64,000 nucleotides of DNA from Nitrospirota bacterium. Lineage in GTDB: Bacteria > Nitrospirota > UBA9217. The notes beneath the pieces were generated by a model. It saw nothing but the letters and a program-made list of their open reading frames with translations. It was not told where the DNA came from and ran no database searches. How positions within the stretch are numbered: the stretch's first letter is position 1; each line of letters begins with the position of its first letter. The stretch covers positions 2,688,001 through 2,752,000 of the forward strand of contig CAVTRN010000002.1 in NCBI GenBank assembly GCA_963737155.1. The letters are read 5' to 3'. Below, one piece after another: positions 60,586 to 64,000 of the stretch. A program made the translations under genes and the position numbers.

Positions 60586-61348
60586 AACCCTTGTCCCATG
60601 ACGCCTATCTTCCTACGTTTCCCCCCGTCACCGTTCCTAAAACCATAGTCTTTTATTTCTAATTTCTATGACGGCAGCCGACAGTACAGCTACCGGTTAA
60701 TGAGCAACCGCCCCCTGAACGGCGTTCTGTTCTTTAATGATTGTTGTACCAGTTGGCATCTGCTCAGTTTCAACTGGCAGCTTTCCACTGCTTCCATACC
60801 GCTTAATGGGTTATCCCCTTGTTTTGCCTATACGCTTAATTTCATGTAAATAGTAAATCACCGAAAACTATATTATACAAGTAAAATAATGAACAGTTCT
60901 TAACACTTTTCCTCATCAGGGTTTACAGAACCAGGCGGCCCAAGCCGATGAGATTGTTTCATTATACACGCAAACACGCTGCTGCGCTGCACTTTCTCTA
61001 ATGGGAGTATTTAAACATAAAGGCCCCCGCAGATGGGGGGCCCAGTATCATTCAATCGTTAGTGCGCAGAAATTCTATTTTTTGCGGGTTTTGCCGAGAC
61101 CGACTCCGGAGTCGGTGTTGATGCGGGTGTTTCCGATGCCGGTGCAGGAGGCGGTGTCACAGCAGACTAGGGGTATTTTTTTCTCTTCCCATCCGATAAT
61201 AACGACGGAACCCTGCTAATGAAGTCAAGGAGAAGTACGATTATCTGATTCAAGTACTTTCACTTCCTGTCGGCTCAAAGACAAATAAAAAGTAGGGTCG
61301 GTATGCCGGGGACAGCCCTTCCGGATACATAGAATGTGTCTTTTGCCC

Positions 61349-61576
61349 CTAAAGAATTCTCGTCGCGACCGATCGTGTGACAGTCAGTTCCTTCACCTTC
61401 TGCCCGAGTTGTTCTTCCAATATCTGCTGCTGCTCCTCGTTGAGGCGCAACCGAAAGACTCTCAGTTTGTTCAATGATCGCTTCGTTAGATAAATCTCAT
61501 GGAGCTCGAAACCAATCTGCTTTTTAATTTCAGCAATCTGTTGAAGGTTCAATTGTAGCTTTACGATATCTTCCAC
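61349..61576 (-). CDS. Small hypothetical protein with internal duplication
   Basis: GGAGG RBS before GTG; two similar halves LQLNLQQIAEIKKQIG / LRLNEEQQQILEEQLG. Confidence 0.55.
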   Translation of the reverse strand: MEDIVKLQLNLQQIAEIKKQIGFELHEIYLTKRSLNKLRVFRLRLNEEQQQILEEQLGQKVKELTVTRSVATRIL

Positions 61577-61799
61577 CGAGTTCCTCCATAGAGATGGATT
61601 ATAAAAGCTTTAGTGACGAAATTCAAGCTATTTTTGGCCGGTAAGCTCTGATTATCATGACCGGGGTTTAACCACTTTTATCTGTCCGGCCTGGATAAAT
61701 TTAGATTTACTGCCACCTCGAAACAATGTAGGTGCAACTATCTGGTCACATGCAAATGTCTTCACAATTCAGTTTGAACTCCGAATTTTCTTTTCTTGG

Positions 61800-63491
61800 T
61801 TACCCTTCCATCACCAGCTTTTTCGCAATTTGTCGCACAGCTGCTTCAACGCTAACTTGTTCCACCTGTCCTGTCTTGCGTTCCTTGATCTCCACCAGAC
61901 CTTCTTTGAGATTTTTTTCTCCGATGATGATGCGCCACGGAATGCCAATGAGGTCCGCGTCCTTGAATTTCACGCCCGCCCGCTCGTCGCGGTCGTCCAT
62001 AAGAACCTCGAAACCCTTCTCCTCCAGGGCAGTATACATTTCCTCGGCAACATCCATGGACTTCACGTCTTTTACGTTTACCGGTACAATCAGGAGCTGA
62101 TAGGGTGCGATGGCAAGGGGCCAAATAATACCGTTTCCATCGTTTCCCTGCTCGATGGCCGCCGCTGCAATCCGCGCCGGTCCGATGCCGTAGCTGCCCA
62201 TGACGATCGGCTTTTCATTGCCCTGCTCATCGAGATAATTCGCATTAAGCGGTTCGGAATATTTCGTTCCGAGCTTGAAAATATTACCGATCTCGATGAC
62301 GCGGTCGATCCTGACCGGCTGACCGCACTGTACGCAAGCATCGCCCGCAGCAGCAACGTGGATGTCGCTGAACTCAGCATCAGGAAAGTGTTTGTCGGCG
62401 ATCACGCCCTTGATATGAAACCCTTCCTTGTTTGCGCCAGCAATATACAGCCCCTCCTTGAGCGCCGGATCTGCAATTTTCCTGATCCGATGACCCATGG
62501 GGCCGATGAATCCCGCTGGGACCTTAAGATGTTCCTTGACCTCTTCTTTCCGAGCGGGTCGATGTGGACCGATGAGTTTTGCAAGTTTTTTTTCATGGAG
62601 CGTCTGGTCACCGCGGATCAAGGCCAGCACCGGCCCGTTATCGTTCATGACCAGGATAGATTTTATCAGAAGATCCGGAGTTACCTTCAGAAACCGCGTC
62701 ACTTCTTCGATAGTCCGTTTCTCGGGAGTCGCGATCTCTTCACATTTCCCCTCAGAAACCACTGTCTGTTTCGGAATCGACAACGCCAGTTCCACGTTTG
62801 CCGCATACCCGCAGCCGTCACAAAGGGCTACCTCGTCCTCTCCGGCCGGCGATGGAGCCATATACTCGTGCGCCATGGAACCACCCATCATGCCGGTATC
62901 GCTCTGAACCACGTAGAATTTGATGCCGCAGCGCGTATAAATTTTCTTATAAGCATCAAGATGGAGTTGATAGGACTTGTCCAATCCTTCCTGATCCTTA
63001 TCGAAACTGTAGGAGTCTTTCATGGTGAACTCGCGGGTCCGGAGTACCCCGCTCTTGGGCCGCGCCTCATCGCGAAGCTTCGTCTGAAGTTGATACCATA
63101 TCTGAGGAAGCTCCCTGTAGGAACGGATGTCGTGAGAGGCCAGCCAAGTCATTGTTTCCTCGTGGGTCATGGCCAAGCACATATCTCGGCCTCCGCGGTC
63201 CTTGAGCCTGAACATTTCATCGCCGATGGCGTCCCACCGTCCTGTCTGCTGCCAGACCTCGGCAGGGTTCAACACCGGCATGGCAACTTCCTGTCCGCCG
63301 ATTGCATTCATCTCCTCGCGGATGATCCGGTTAATTTTTTCCATGACCCGGATGAAGAGCGGAAGATAAATGTACAACCCGGCGGCAAGCTGGCGCACAT
63401 AGCCTGCCCGCACCATGAGTTTATGAGATATCGCCTCTGCCTCGGACGGAGCTTCTTTCAGGGTCGGGATGAATAATCGAGAATAGCGCAT
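61800..63491 (-). CDS. proS: Proline--tRNA ligase
   Basis: SHKLMVRAG, THEE, RDEARP..R.REF.MKD.YSF, IEIGNIFKLGTKYS, DDRDER.GVKF.D.DLIG. Confidence 0.97.
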   Translation of the reverse strand: MRYSRLFIPTLKEAPSEAEAISHKLMVRAGYVRQLAAGLYIYLPLFIRVMEKINRIIREEMNAIGGQEVAMPVLNPAEVWQQTGRWDAIGDEMFRLKDRGGRDMCLAMTHEETMTWLASHDIRSYRELPQIWYQLQTKLRDEARPKSGVLRTREFTMKDSYSFDKDQEGLDKSYQLHLDAYKKIYTRCGIKFYVVQSDTGMMGGSMAHEYMAPSPAGEDEVALCDGCGYAANVELALSIPKQTVVSEGKCEEIATPEKRTIEEVTRFLKVTPDLLIKSILVMNDNGPVLALIRGDQTLHEKKLAKLIGPHRPARKEEVKEHLKVPAGFIGPMGHRIRKIADPALKEGLYIAGANKEGFHIKGVIADKHFPDAEFSDIHVAAAGDACVQCGQPVRIDRVIEIGNIFKLGTKYSEPLNANYLDEQGNEKPIVMGSYGIGPARIAAAAIEQGNDGNGIIWPLAIAPYQLLIVPVNVKDVKSMDVAEEMYTALEEKGFEVLMDDRDERAGVKFKDADLIGIPWRIIIGEKNLKEGLVEIKERKTGQVEQVSVEAAVRQIAKKLVMEG

Positions 63492-63566
63492 GAAACCTCC
63501 GATGAGCCAGTAGACTGCAGAAGTAGGCAACAGAGGGGAAAATCCAGCCTAAAAAATTTTGCACGT

Positions 63567-64000
63567 CTACGGTTCACTACTTCTTGTCTGTTTGTTTCTA
63601 ACGATTTCCTCCACTTCCCGTACCAATACATCGGCCAGTTCCTTCTCGTCGAGCTTCTTGACGATGTCGCCGTGCCTGAACAGAAGCCCGATGCCTTTTC
63701 CGCCCGCGATGCCCACATCGGCTTCGCGTGCCTCTCCCGGGCCGTTCACCACGCACCCCATGACCGCAATGGTAAGCGGCTCCTTGACTGAGGCCAGACG
63801 CCTCTCGACTTCCTCGGCCAGGCCGATGATGTCAATCTCGGTTCTTCCGCAGGTTGGGCAGGAGATGATGTTCACGCCACGTTGACGGATTTTTAGCGCC
63901 TTAAGAATTTCATAGGCAACGCGCACTTCCTCGACAGGATCCGCAGTAAGGGAAACACGCATCGTGTCGCCGATGCCTTCGGCCAGCAGGATGCCGAGCC
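63567..64000 (-). CDS. ispG: (E)-4-hydroxy-3-methylbut-2-enyl-diphosphate synthase; 5' part outside the window
   Basis: GIGDTMRVSLT, SCPTCGRT, AVMGCVVNGPGEA. Confidence 0.95.
   Translation of the reverse strand, partial: LGILLAEGIGDTMRVSLTADPVEEVRVAYEILKALKIRQRGVNIISCPTCGRTEIDIIGLAEEVERRLASVKEPLTIAVMGCVVNGPGEAREADVGIAGGKGIGLLFRHGDIVKKLDEKELADVLVREVEEIVRNKQTRSSEP

Noticed and set aside
61830-63476. 548-aa plus-strand ORF
   Set aside because: Antisense shadow of proS with no recognisable motifs.

Overview
Bacterial chromosomal window. The mdh + split fumarase cluster, PEP-CTERM-type genes and gene style suggest Nitrospirota or a deltaproteobacterium (inference only). Positions 1-37.9 kb are coded almost entirely on the minus strand. 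They hold a polysaccharide operon with a decayed head (upxY/nusG-like and galE pseudogenes), a large two-partner-secretion/TonB operon (FKBP lipoprotein, ShlB/FhaC, 3471-aa FHA-like protein, DUF2341-LamG-ExbB, ExbD, TonB-like, putative porin, coiled-coil protein, parvulin PPIase), and a surface-protein cluster (PstS-like secreted protein, VPLPA-CTERM protein behind a c-di-GMP-I riboswitch, cohesin-like protein, exosortase H, S53 protease with an IPTL-CTERM-like tail). Divergently there is an atypical two-component cluster and pstSCAB-phoU, then an arn (L-Ara4N) operon that has lost its decarboxylase, and housekeeping genes (mtnA, gcvT, apt, fumarase, mdh, proS, ispG). The main hidden signal is seven 11-bp-periodic Pho-box-like arrays, each exactly 10 bp upstream of a -10-like hexamer, which tie roughly 7-47 kb into one putative phosphate-starvation island. 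Also seen: an inverted pair of 151-bp IS200/IS605-like palindromic elements, a diverged ~395-bp tandem duplication of a Pho promoter, and an IS1380-like relic.
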